NCBI GenBank assembly: GCA_051313645.2
Contig: JBNRSN020000089.1
Span: 2,294,001-2,358,000, forward strand
Length of the DNA stretch: 64,000 bases
Source: Centroscyllium fabricii
Taxonomy: Eukaryota
Direction of reading: 5' to 3'
In this document: one piece after another, positions 1 to 15,660 of the stretch
Layout of the letters: every line of letters begins with the position of its first letter
Numbering within the stretch: the stretch's first letter is position 1
Translations under genes and position numbers: made by a program
Notes under the pieces: generated by a model
What the model was told of the DNA's origin: nothing
The model's database searches: none
What the model saw: the letters and a program-made list of their open reading frames with translations, nothing else

Positions 1-1769
1 ATCTTTCTGTGTACAATACACCAGTCAATGTCCATCTGTGAACAATAAATCAGACATTATCCATCTGTGTACAATACATCAGACAATATCCATCTGTGAA
101 CAATTCATCAGAAAATATCAATCTGTGTACAATACATCAGACAATGTCCATCTGTGTACGATACATCAGACAATGTTCATCTCTGTACAACACATCAGGC
201 AATGTCCATCTGTGTACAATACATCAGACAATATCCATCTATGAACAATACTTCAGACAATGTCCATCTGTGTACAATACATCAGACAATGTCTATCTGT
301 GAACAATACTTCAGACAATGTCCATTTGTGTACAATACATCAGACAATGTCCATCTGTGAACAATACATCAGACAATGTCCATCTGTGTACAATACATCA
401 GACACTGTCCATCTGTGTACGATACATCAGACAATGTTCATCTCTGTACAACACATCAGACAATGTCCATCTGTGTACAATACATCAGACAATATCCATC
501 TATGAACAATACTTCAGACAATGTCCATCTGTGTACAATACCCCAGACAATGTCGATCTGTGAACAATACATCAGACAATATCCATCTGTGAACAATACT
601 TCAGACAAAGTCCATCTATGAACAATACATCAGACAATGTCCACCTGTGTGCAATACATCAGACAATATACATCTGTGAACAATACATCAAACAATATCC
701 TTCTGTTTACACTACATCAGACAATATCCATCTGTGTACAATACATCAGACAATGTCTATCTGTGAACAATACATCAGACAATATCCATCTGTGAACAAC
801 ACATCAGACAATGTCCATCTGTGTACAATATATCAGACAATGTCCAGCTGTGTACAATACATCAGACAATGTCCCTCTGTGTACAATAAATCAGACAATG
901 TCCGTCTGTGTACAATACATCCGACAATATCCATCTGTGAACAATACTTCAGACAAAGTCCATCTATGAACAATACATCAGACAATGTCCATCTGTGTAC
1001 CATACATCAGACAATATCCATCTGTGTACAATACATCAGACAATATCCATTTGTGTACAATACATCAGACAATGTCCAACTGTTTACAATTCATCAGAAA
1101 ATATCCATCTGTGAACAATACATCAGATAATATCCATCTTTGTACAATACATCAGACAATATCCTTCTGTGTACAATACATCAGACAGTGTCCATCTTGT
1201 GTACAATACATCAGACAATGTCCATCTGTGTACAATACATCAGACAATGTCTATCTGTGAACAACACATCAGACAATATCCATCTGTGAACAATACATCA
1301 GACAATGTCCATCTGTGTACAATACATCAGACAATGTCCAGCTGTATACAATACATCAGACAATGTCCCTCTGTGTACAATAAATCAGACAATGTCCATC
1401 TGTGTACAATACATCCGACAATATCCATCTGTGAACAATACTTCAGACAAAGTCCATCTATGAACAATACATCAGACAATGTCCATCTGTGTACCATACA
1501 TCATACAATATCCATCTGTGTACAATACATCAGACTATATCGATCTGTGTACAATACATCAGACAATGTCCATCTGTTTACAATTCATCAGAAAATATCC
1601 ATCTGTGAACAATACATCAGACAATATCCATCTTTGTACAATACATCAGACAATATCCTTCTGTGTACAATACATCAGTCAATGTCCATCTGTGAATAAT
1701 AAATCAGACATTATCCATCTATGAACAATACATCAGACAATGTCCATCTGTGAACAATACATCGGACAA

Positions 1770-4700
1770 TGTCCCTCTGTGTACAATACATCAGACAGTG
1801 TCCATCTTGTGTACAATACATCAGGCAATGTCCATCTGTGTACAATACATCAGACAATGTCTATCTGTGAACAATACATCAGACAATGTCCATCTGTGTA
1901 CAATACATCAGACAATGTCCATCTGTGTACAATACATCAGACAATGTCCATCTTGTGTACAATACATCAGACAATGTCCATCTGTGTACAACACATCAGA
2001 CAATGTCAATCTGTGTACAATACATCAGACAATGTCCATCTGTGTACAATAAATCAGACTATGTCCCTCTGTGTACAATACATCAGAAAATGTCCATCTG
2101 TGAACAATACATCGGACAATGTCCCTCTGTGTACAATACATCAGACAGTGTCCATCTTGTGTACAATACATCAGACAATGTCCATCTGTGTACAATACAT
2201 CAGACAATGTCTATCTGTGAACAATACATCAGACAATGTCCATCTGTGTACAATACATCAGACAATGTCCATCTGTGTACAATACATCAGACATTGTCCA
2301 TCTTGTGTACAATACATCAGACAATGTCCATCTGTGTACAATACATCAGACAATGTCCATCTGTGTACAATACATCAGACAATGTCCATCTGTGAACAAT
2401 AAATCAGACTATGTCCATCTGTGTACAATACATCAGACAATGTCCATCTATGAACAATACAGCAGACAATGTCCATCTTGTGTACAATACATCAGACAAT
2501 GTCCATCTGTGTACAATACATCAGACAATGTCCGGCTGTGTACAAAGCATCAGAAAATGTCCCTCTGTGTACAATAAATCAGACAATGTCCATCTGTGTA
2601 CAATAAATCCGACAATATCCATCTGTGAACAATACTTCAGACAAAGTCCATCTATGAACAATACATCAGACAATGTCCATCTGTGTACAACACATCTGAT
2701 AAAATCCATCTGTGAACAATTCATCAGAAAATATCAACCTGTGTACAATACATCAGGCAATGTCCATCTGTGTACGATACATCAGACAATGTTCATCTCT
2801 GTACAACACATCAGACAATGTCCATCTGTGTACAATACATCAGAGAATATCCGTCTATGAACAATACTTCAGACAATGTCCATCTGTGTACAATACATCA
2901 GACAATGTCCATCTTGTGTACAATACACCAGACAATGTCCATCTGTGAACAATACATCAGACAATATCCAACTGTGAACAATACTTCAGACAAAGTCCAT
3001 CTATGAACAATACATCAGACAATGTCCACCTGTGTACAATACATCAGACAATATCCATCTGTGTACACTACATCAGACTATATCCATCTGTGTACATTAC
3101 ATCAGACAATGTCCATCTGTGTACAATACATCAGGAAATATCCATCTGTGAACAATACTTCAGACAATATCCACCTGTGTACAATACATCAGACAATATC
3201 AATCTGTGTACAATACATCAGACAATGTCCATCTCTGAGCAATGAATCAGACATTATCCATCTATGAACAATACATCAGACAATATCCATCTCTGAACAA
3301 TATATCAGACAATGTCCATCTGTGTACAATACATCAGAAAATGTCCAGCTGTGTACAATACATCAGACAATGTCCCTCTGTGTACAATAAATCAGACAAT
3401 GTCCATCTGTGTACAATATATCCGACAATATCCATCTGTGAACAATAATTCAGACAAAGTCCATCTATGAACAATACATCAGACAATGTCCTCTGTGTAC
3501 CATACATCAGACAATATCCATCTGTGTACAATACATCAGACAATATCCATCTGTGTACAATACATCAGACAATGTCCATCTGTTTACAATTCATCAGAAA
3601 ATATCCATCTGTGAACAATACATCAGACAATATCCATCTTTGTACAATACATCAGACAATATCCTTCTGTGTACAATACATCAGTCAATGTCCATCTGTG
3701 AACAATAAATCAGGCATTATCCATCTATGAACAATACATCAGACAATGTCCATCTGTGAACAATACATCGGACAATATCCCGCTGTGTACAATACATCAG
3801 AGAGTGTCCATCTTGTGTACAATACATCAGACAATGTCCATCTGTGTACTATACATCAGAAAATGTCTATCTGTGAACAATACATCAGACAATGTCCATC
3901 TGTGTACAATACATCTGACAATGTCCATCTGTGTACAATACATCAGACAATGTCCATCTTGTGTACAATACATCAGACAATGTCCATCTGTGTACAATAC
4001 ATCAGACAATGTCCATCTGTGTACAATACATCAGACAATGTCCATCTGTGTACAATAAATCAGACTATGTCCATCTGTGTACAATACATCAGACAATGTC
4101 CATCTATGAACAATACAGCAGACAATGTCCATCTTGTGTACAATACATCAGACAATGTCCATCTGTGTACAATACATCAGACAATGTCCAGCTGTGTACA
4201 ATACATCAGACAATGTCCCTCTGTGTACATTAAATCAGACAATGTCCATCTGTGTACAATAAATCCGACAATATCCATCTGTGAACAATACTTCAGACAA
4301 ATTCCATCTATGAACAATACATCAGACAATGTCCATCTGTGTATCATACATCAGACAATATCCATCTGTGAACATTTCATCAGAAAATATCAATCTGTGT
4401 ACAATACATCAGACAATGTCCATCTGTGTACGATATATCAGATAATGTTCATCTCTGTACAACACTTCAGACAATGTCCATCTGTGTACAATACATCAGA
4501 CAATATCCATCTATGAACAATATTTCAGACAATGTCCCTCTGTGTACAATACATCAGACCATGTCCATCTGTGAGCAATACATCAGACAATATCCATCTG
4601 TGAACAATATTTCAGACAAAGTCCATCTATGAAGAATACATCAGACAATGTCCACCTGTGCACAATACATCAGACAATATACATCTGTGAACAATACATC

Positions 4701-7700
4701 AAACAATATCCATTTGTGTACACTACATCAGACAATATCCATCTGTGTACAATACATCAGACAATGTCCATCTGTGTACAATATATCAGGAAATATCCTT
4801 CTGTGAACAATACATCAGACAATATCCACCTGTGTACAATACATCAGACAATATCAATCTGTGTACAATACATCAGACAATGTCCATCTGTGAACAATAA
4901 ATCAGACATTATCCATCTATGAACAATACATCAGACAATATCCATCTGTGAACAATACATCAGACAATGTCCCTCTGTGTACAATACATCAGACAATGTC
5001 CATCTTGTGTACAATACATCAGACAATGTCCATCTGTGTACAATATATCAGACAATGTCTATCTGTGAAAAATACATCAGACAATGTCCATCTGTGTACA
5101 ATACATCAGACAATGTCCATCTGTGTACAATACATCAGACAATGTCCACCTTGTGTAGAATAGATCAGACAATGTCCATCTGTGTACAATACATCAGACA
5201 ATGTCCAGCTGTGTACAATACATCAGACAATGTCCCTCTGTGTACAATAAATCAGACAATGTCAATCTGTGTACAATACATCCGACAATATCCATCCGTG
5301 AACAATACTTCAGACAAAGTCCATCTATGAACAATACATCAGACAATGTCCATCTGTGTACCATACATCAGACAATATCCATCTGTGTACAATACATCAG
5401 ACAATATCCATCTGTGTACAATACATCAGACAATGTCCATCTGTTTACAGTACATCAGAAAATATCCATCTGTGAACAATACATCAGACAATATCCATCT
5501 TTGTACAATACTTCAGACAATATCCTTCTGTGTACAATACATCAGTCAATGTACATCTGTGAACAATAAATCAGACATTATCCATCTATGAGCAATACAT
5601 CAGACAATGTCCAGCTGTGAACAATACATCGGACAATGTCCCTCTGTGTACAATACATCAGACAGTGTCCATCTTGTGTACAATACATCAGACAATGTCC
5701 ATCTGTGTACAATACATCAGACAATGTCTATCTGTGAACAATACATCAGACAATATCCATCTGTGAACAATACATCAGACAATGTCCATCTGTGTACAAT
5801 ACATCAGACAATGTCCAGCTGTGTACAATACATCAGACAATGTCCCTCTGTGTACAATAAATCAGACAATGTCCATCTGTGTACAATACATCCGACAATA
5901 TCCATCTGTGAACAATACTTCAGACAAAGTCCATCTATGAACAATACATCAGACAATGTCCATCTGTGTACCATACATCAGACAATATCCATCTGTGTAC
6001 AATACATCAGACAATATCCATCTGTGTGAATACATCAGACAATGTCCATCTGTTTACAATTCATCAGAAATTATCCAAATGTGAACAATACATCAGACAA
6101 TATCCAACTTTGTACAATACATCAGACAATATCCTTCTGTGTACAATACATCTGTCAATGTCCATCTGTGAACAATAAATCAGACATTATACATCTATGA
6201 ACAATACATCAGACAATGTCCATCTGTGAACAATACATCGGACAATGTCCACCTGTGTACAATATATCAGACAATATCCATCTGTGTACACTACATCAGA
6301 CATCATCCATCTGTGTACAATACATCAGACAATGTCCATCTGTGTACAATAAATCAGGAAATATCCATCTGCGAACAATACATCAGACAATATCCACCTG
6401 TGTACAATTCATCAGACAATATCAATCTGTGTACAATACATCAGACAATGTCCATCTGTGAGCAATAAATCAGACATTATCCATCTATGAACTATACATC
6501 AGACAATATCCATCTGTGAACAATACATCAGACAATGTCCATCTGTGTACAATACATCAGACAATGTCCAGCTGTGTACAATACATCAGACAATGTCCCT
6601 CTGCGTACAATAAATCAGACAATGTCCATCTGTGTACAATACATCCGACAATATCCATCTGTGAACAATAATTCGGACAAAGTCCATCTATGAACAATAC
6701 ATCAGACAATGTCCATCTGTGTACCATACATCAGACAATATCCATCTGTGTACAATACATCAGACATTATCCATCTGTGTACAATACATCAGACAATGTC
6801 CATCTGTTTACAATTCATCAGAAAATATCCATCTGTGAACAATACATCAGACAATATCCATCTTTGTACAATACATCAGACAATATCCTTCTGTGTACAA
6901 TACATCAGTCAATGTCCATCTGTGAACAATAAATCAGACATTATCCATCTATGAACAATACATCAGACAATGTCCATCTGTGAACAATATATCGGAAAAT
7001 ATCCCTCTGCGTACAATACATCAGACAGTTTCCATCTTGTGTACAATACATCAGACAATGTCCATCTGTGTACAATACATCAGACAATGTCTATCTGTGA
7101 ACAATACATCAGACAATGTCCATCTGTGTACAATACATCAGACAATGTCCATCTGTGTACAATACATCAGACAATGTCCATATTGTGTACAATACATCAG
7201 ACAATGTCCATCTGTGTACAATACATCAGACAATGTCCATCTGTGTACAATACATCAGACAATGTCCAGCTGTGTACATTAAATCAGACTATGTCCATCT
7301 GTGTACAAAACATCAGACAATGTCCATCTATGAACAATACAGCAGACAATGTCCATCTTGTGTACAATACATCAGACAATGTCCATCTGTGTACAATACA
7401 TCAGACAATATCCATCTGTGTACAATACATCAGACAATGTCCATCTGTTTACAATTCATCAGAAAATATCCATCTGTGAACAATACATCAGACAATATCC
7501 ATCTTTGTACAATACATCAGACAATATCCTTCTGTGTACAATACATCAGTCAATGTCCATCTGTGAACAATAAATCAGACATTATCCATCTATGAACTAT
7601 ACATCAGACAATGTCCATCTGTGAACAATATATCGGAAAATATCCCTCTGTGTACAATGCATCAGACAGTTTCCATCTTGTGTACAATACATCAGACAAT

Positions 7701-10700
7701 GTCCATCTGTGTACAATACATCAGACAATGTCTATCTGTGAACAATACATCAGACAATGTCCATCTGTGTACAATACATCAGACAATGTCCATCTGTGTA
7801 CAATACATCAGACAATGTCCATCTTGTGTACAATACATCAGACAATGTCCATCTGTGTACAATACATCAGACAATGTCCATTTGTGTACAATACATCAGA
7901 CAATGTCCAGCTGTGTACATTAAATCAGACTATGTCCATCTGTGTACAATACATCAGACAATGTCCATCTATGAACAATACAGCAGACAATGTCCATCTT
8001 GTGTACAATACATCAGACAATGTCCATCTGTGTACAATACATCAGACAATGTCCAGCTGTGTACAATACATCAGACAATGTCCCTCTGTGTACAATAAAT
8101 CAGACAATGTCCATCTGTGTACAATAAATCCGACAATATCCATCTGTGAACAATATTTCAGACAAAGTCCATCTATGAACAATACATCAGACAATGTCCA
8201 TCTGTGTATCATACATCAGACAATATACATCTGTGAACAATTCATCAGAAAATATCAATCTGTGTACAATATATCAGACAATGTCCATCTGTGTACGATA
8301 CATCAGACAATGTTCATCTCTGTACAACACATCAGAAAATGTCCATCTGTGTACAATACATCAGACAATATCCATCTATGAACAATACTTCAGACAATGC
8401 CCATCTGTGTACAATACATCAGACAATGTCCATCTGTGAACAATACATCAGACAATATCCATCTGTGAACAATATTTCAGACAAAGTCCATCTATGAACA
8501 ATACATCAGACAATGTCCACCTGTGTACAATACATCAGACAATATACATCTGTGAACAATACATCAAACAATATCCATCTGTGTACACTACATCAGACAA
8601 TATCCATCTGTGTACAATACATCAGACAATGTCCATCTGTGTACAATACATCAGGAAATATGCATCTGTGAACAATACATCAGACAATATCCACCTGTGT
8701 ACAATACATCAGACAATATCAATCTGTGTACAATACATCAGACAATGTCCATCTGTGAACAATAAACCAGACATTATCCATCTATGAACAATATATCAGA
8801 CAATATCCATCTGTGAACAATACATCAGACAATGTCCCTCTGTGTACAATACATCAGACAGTGTCCATCTTGTGTACAATACATCAGGCAATGTCCATCT
8901 GTGTACAATACATCAGACAATGTCTATCTGTGAACAATACATCAGACAACGTCCATCTGTGTACAATACATCAGACAATGTCCATCTGTGTACAATACAT
9001 CAGACAATGTCCATCTTGTGTACAATACATCAGACAATGTCCATCTGTGTACAATACATCAGACAATGTCAATCTGTGTACAATACATCAGACAATGTCC
9101 ATCTGTGTACAATAAATCAGACTATGTCCCTCTGTGTACAATACATCAGAAAATGTCCATCTGTGAACAATACATCGGACAATGTCCCTCTGTGTACAAT
9201 ACATCAGACAGTGTCCATCTTGTGTACAATACATCAGACAATGTCCATCTGTGTACAATACATCAGACAATGTCTATCTGTGAACAATACATCAGACAAT
9301 GTCCATCTGTGTACAATACATCAGACAATGTCCATCTGTGTACAATACATCAGACATTGTCCATCTTGTGTACAATACATCAGACAATGTCCATCTGTGT
9401 ACAATACATCAGACAATGTCCATCTGTGTACAATACATCAGACAATGTCCATCTGTGTACAATAAATCAGACTATGTCCATCTGTGTACAATACATCAGA
9501 CAATGTCCATCTATGAACAATACAGCAGACAATGTCCATCTTGTGTACAATACATCAGACAATGTCCATCTGTGTACAATACATCAGACAATGTCCGGCT
9601 GTGTACAAAGCATCAGACAATGTCCCTCTGTGTACAATAAATCAGACAATGTCCATCTGTGTACAATAAATCCGACAATATCCATCTGTGAACAATACTT
9701 CAGACAAAGTCCATCTATGAACAATACATCAGACAATGTCCATCTGTGTACAACACATCAGACAAAATCCATCTGTGAACAATTCATCAGAAAATATCAA
9801 CCTGTGTACAATACATCAGGCAATGTCCATCTGTGTACGATACATCAGACAATGTTCATCTCTGTACAACACATCAGACAATGTCCATCTGTGTACAATA
9901 CATCAGAGAATATCCGTCTATGAACAATACTTCAGACAATGTCCATCTGTGTACAATACATCAGACAATGTCCATCTTGTGTACAATACACCAGACAATG
10001 TCCATCTGTGAACAATACATCAGACAATATCCATCTGTGAACAATACTTCAGACAAAGTCCATCTATGAACAATACATCAGACAATGTCCACCTGTGTAC
10101 AATACATCAGACAATATCCATCTGTGTACACTACATCAGACTATATCCATCTGTGTACATTACATCAGACAATGTCCATCTGTGTACAATACATCAGGAA
10201 ATATCCATCTGTGAACAATACTTCAGACAATATCCACCTGTGTACAATACATCAGACAATATCAATCTGTGTACAATACATCAGACAATGTCCATCTGTG
10301 AGCAATGAATCAGACATTATCCATCTATGAACAATACATCAGACAATATCCATCTCTGAACAATATATCAGACAATGTCCATCTGTGTACAATACATCAG
10401 AAAATGTCCAGCTGTGTACAATACATCAGACAATGTCCCTCTGTGTACAATAAATCAGACAATGTCCATCTGTGTACAATATATCCGACAATATCCATCT
10501 GTGAACAATAATTCAGACAAAGTCCATCTATGAACAATACATCAGACAATGTCCTCTGTGTACCATACATCAGACAATATCCATCTGTGTACAATACATC
10601 AGACAATATCCATCTGTGTACAATACATCAGACAATGTCCATCTGTTTACAATTCATCAGAAAATATCCATCTGTGAACAATACATCAGACAATATCCAT

Positions 10701-13700
10701 CTTTTTACAATACATCAGACAATATCCTTCTGTGTACAATACATCAGTCAATGTCCATCTGTGAACAATAAATCAGGCATTATCCATCTATGAACAATAC
10801 ATCAGACAATGTCCATCTGTGAACAATACATCGGACAATATCCCGCTGTGTACAATACATCAGAGAGTGTCCATCTTGTGTACAATACATCAGACAATGT
10901 CCATCTGTGTACTATACATCAGAAAATGTCTATCTGTGAACAATACATCAGACAATGTCCATCTGTGTACAATACATCTGACAATGTCCATCTGTGTACA
11001 ATACATCAGACAATGTCCATCTTGTGTACAATACATCAGACAATGTCCATCTGTGTACAATACATCAGACAATGTCCATCTGTGTACAATACATCAGACA
11101 ATGTCCATCTGTGTACAATAAATCAGACTATGTCCATCTGTGTACAATACATCAGACAATGTCCATCTATGAACAATACAGCAGACAATGTCCATCTTGT
11201 GTACAATACATCAGACAATGTCCATCTGTGTACAATACATCAGACAATGTCCAGCTGTGTACAATACATCAGACAATGTCCCTCTGTGTACATTAAATCA
11301 GACAATGTCCATCTGTGTACAATAAATCCGACAATATCCATCTGTGAACAATACTTCAGACAAATTCCATCTATGAACAATACATCAGACAATGTCCATC
11401 TGTGTATCATACATCAGACAATATCCATCTGTGAACATTTCATCAGAAAATATCAATCTGTGTACAATACATCAGACAATGTCCATCTGTGTACGATATA
11501 TCAGATAATGTTCATCTCTGTACAACACTTCAGACAATGTCCATCTGTGTACAATACATCAGAAAATATCCATCTATGAACAATACTTCAGACAATGTCC
11601 CTCTGTGTACAATACATCAGACCATGTCCATCTGTGAGCAATACATCAGACAATATCCATCTGTGAACAATACTTCAGACAAAGTCCATCTATGAAGAAT
11701 ACATCAGACAATGTCCACCTGTGCACAATACATCAGACAATATACATCTGTGAACAATATATCAAACAATATCCATTTGTGTACACTACATCAGACAATA
11801 TCCATCTGTGTACAATACATCAGACAATGTCCATCTGTGTACAATATATCAGGAAATATCCATCTGTGAACAATACATCAGACAATATCCACCTGTGTAC
11901 AATACATCAGACAATATCAATCTGTGTACAATACATCAGACAATGTCCATCTGTGAACAATAAATCAGACATTATCCATCTATGAACAATACATCAGACA
12001 ATATCCATCTGTGAACAATACATCAGACAATGTCCCTCTGTGTACAATACATCAGACAATGTCCATCTTGTGTACAATACATCAGACAATGTCCATCTGT
12101 GTACAATATATCAGACAATGTCTATCTGTGAAAAATACATCAGACAATGTCCATCTGTGTACAATACATCAGACAATGTCCATCTGTGTACAATACATCA
12201 GACAATGTCCATCTTGTGTAGAATAGATCAGACAATGTCCATCTGTGTACAATACATCAGACAATGTCCAGCTGTGTACAATACATCAGACAATGTCCCT
12301 CTGTGTACAATAAATCAGACAATGTCAATCTGTGTACAATACATCCGACAATATCCATCCGTGAACAATACTTCAGACAAAGACCATCTATGAACAATAT
12401 ATCAGACAATGTCCATCTGTGTACCATACATCAGACAATATCCATCTGTGTACAATACATCAGACAATATCCATCTGTGTACAATACATCAGACAATGTC
12501 CATCTGTTTACAGTACATCAGAAAATATCCATCTGTGAACAATACATCAGACAATATCCATCTTTGTACAATACTTCAGACAATATCGTTCTGTGTACAA
12601 TACATCAGTCAATGTACATCTGTGAACAATAAATCAGACATTATCCATCTATGAGCAATACATCAGACAATGTCCAGCTGTGAACAATACATCGGACAAT
12701 GTCCCTCTGTGTACAATACATCAGACAGGGTTCATCTTGTGTACAATACATCAGACAATGTCCATCTGTGTACAATACATCAGACAATGTCTATCTGTGA
12801 ACAATACATCAGACAATATCCATCTGTGAACAATACATCAGACAATGTCCATCTGTGTACAATACATCAGACAATGTCTAGCTGTGTACAATACATCAGA
12901 CAATGTCCCTCTGTGTACAATAAATCAGACAATGTCCATCTGTGTACAATACATCCGACAATATCCATCTGTGAACAATACTTCAGACAAAGTCCATCTA
13001 TGAACAATACATCAGACAATGTCCATCTGTGTACCATACATCAGACAATATCCATCTGTGTACAATACATCAGACAATATCCATCTGTGTACAATACATC
13101 AGACAATGTCCATCTGTTTACAATTCATCAGAAAATATCCAACTGTGAACAATACATCAGACAATATCCAACTTTGTACAATACATCAGACAATATCCTT
13201 CTGTGTACAATACATCAGTCAATGTCCATCTGTGAACAATAAATCAGACATTATACATCTATGAACAATACATCAGACAATGTCCATCTGTGAACAATAC
13301 ATCGGACAATGTCCACCTGTGTACAATATATCAGACAATATCCATCTGTGTACATTACATCAGACAATATCCATCTGTGTACAATACATCAGACAATGTC
13401 CATCTGTGTACAATAAATCAGGAAATATCCATCTGCGAACAATACATCAGACAATATCCACCTGTGTACAATTCATCAGACAATATCAATCTGTGTACAA
13501 TACATCAGACAATGTCCATCTGTGAGCAATAAATCAGACATTATCCATCTATGAACAATACATCAGACAATATCCATCTGTGAACAATACATCAGACAAT
13601 GTCCATCTGTGTACAATACATCAGACAATGTCCAGCTGTGTACAATACATCAGACAATGTCGCTCTGCGTACAATAAATCAGACAATGTCCATCTGTGTA

Positions 13701-15660
13701 CAATACATCCGACAATATCCATCTGTGAACAATAATTCGGACAAAGTCCATCTATGAACAATACATCAGACAATGTCCATCTGTGTACCATACATCAGAC
13801 AATATCCATCTGTGTACAATACATCAGACATTATCCATCTGTGTACAATACATCAGACAATGTCCATCTGTTTACAATTCATCAGAAAATATCCATCTGT
13901 GAACAATACATCAGACAATATCCATCTTTGTACAATACATCAGACAATATCCTTCTGTGTACAATACATCAGTCAATGTCCATCTGTGAACAATAAATCA
14001 GACATTATCCATCTATGAACAATACATCAGACAATGTCCATCTGTGAACAATATATCGGAAAATATCCCTCTGCGTACAATACATCAGACAGTTTCCATC
14101 TTGTGTACAATACATCAGACAATGTCCATCTGTGTACAATACATCAGACAATGTCTATCTGTGAACAATACATCAGACAATGTCCATCTGTGTACAATAC
14201 ATCAGACAATGACCATCTGTGTACAATACATCAGACAATGTCCATATTGTGTACAATACATCAGACAATGTCCATCTGTGTACAATACATCAGACAATGT
14301 CCATCTGTGTACAATACATCAGACAATGTCCAGCTGTGTACATTAAATCAGACTATGTCCATCTGTGTACAAAACATCAGACAATGTCCATCTATGAACA
14401 ATACAGCAGACAATGTCCATCTTGTGTACAATACATCAGACAATGTCCATCTGTGTACAATACATCAGACAATATCCATCTGTGTACAATACATCAGACA
14501 ATGTCCATCTGTTTACAATTCATCAGAAAATATCCATCTGTGAACAATACATCAGACAATATCCATCTTTGTACAATACATCAGACAATATCCTTCTGTG
14601 TACAATACATCAGTCAATGTCCATCTGTGAACAATAAATCAGACATTATCCATCTATGAACAATACATCAGACAATGTCCATCTGTGTACAATACATCAG
14701 ACAATGTCCAGCTGTGTACATTAAATCAGACTATGTCCATCTGTGTACAAAACATCAGACAATGTCCATCTATGAACAATACAGCAGACAATGTCCATCT
14801 TGTGTACAATACATCAGACAATGTCCATCTGTGTACAATACATCAGACAATGTCCAGCTGTGTACAATACATCAGACAATGTCCCTCTGTGTACAATAAA
14901 TCAGACAATGTCCATCTGTGTACAATAAATCCGACAATATCCATCTGTGAACAATATTTCAGACAAAGTCCATCTATGAACAATACATCAGACAATGTCC
15001 ATCTGTGTATCATACATCAGACAATATACATCTGTGAACAATTCATCAGAAAATATCAATCTGTGTACAATATATCAGACAATGTCCATCTGTGTACGAT
15101 ACATCAGACAATGTTCATCTCTGTACAACACATCAGACAATGTCCATCTGTGTACAATACATCAGACAATTTCCATCTATGAACAATACTTCAGACAATG
15201 CCCATCTGTGTACAATACATCAGACAATGTCCATCTGTGAACAATACATCAGACAATATCCATCTGTGAACAATATTTCAGACAAAGTCCATCTATGAAC
15301 AATACATCAGACAATGTCCACCTGTGTACAATACATCAGACAATATACATCTGTGAACAATACATCAAACAATATCCATCTGTGTACACTACATCAGACA
15401 ATATCCATCTGTGTACAATACATCAGACAATGTCCATCTATGTACAATACATCAGGAAATATGCATCTGTGAACAATACATCAGACAATATCCACCTGTG
15501 TACAATACATCAGACAATATCAATCTGTGTACAATACATCAGACAATGTCCATCTGTGAACAATAAACCAGACATTATCCATCTATGAACAATACATCAG
15601 ACAATATCCATCTGTGAACAATACATCAGACAATGTCCCTCTGTGTACAATACATCAGAC
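1770..15660 (+). repeat. Tandem block duplication, offset 7063/7064 bp (copy 1 ~1770-8830; copy 2 ~8830-15660, net 263 bp shorter near 14680)
   Basis: ORF pairs 1750/8813, 2025/9088, 3334/10397, 3746/10809 and 5607/12670 are offset by 7063, 6216/13280 and 6970/14034 by 7064, and 8194/14995 and 8494/15295 by 6801. Shared private variants include TCCGGCTGTGTACAAAGC (~2531/9594), a 28-bp monomer (~3490/10553), CCCGCTG (~3779/10842) and TGAAGAAT (~4630/11693). Confidence 0.93.
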
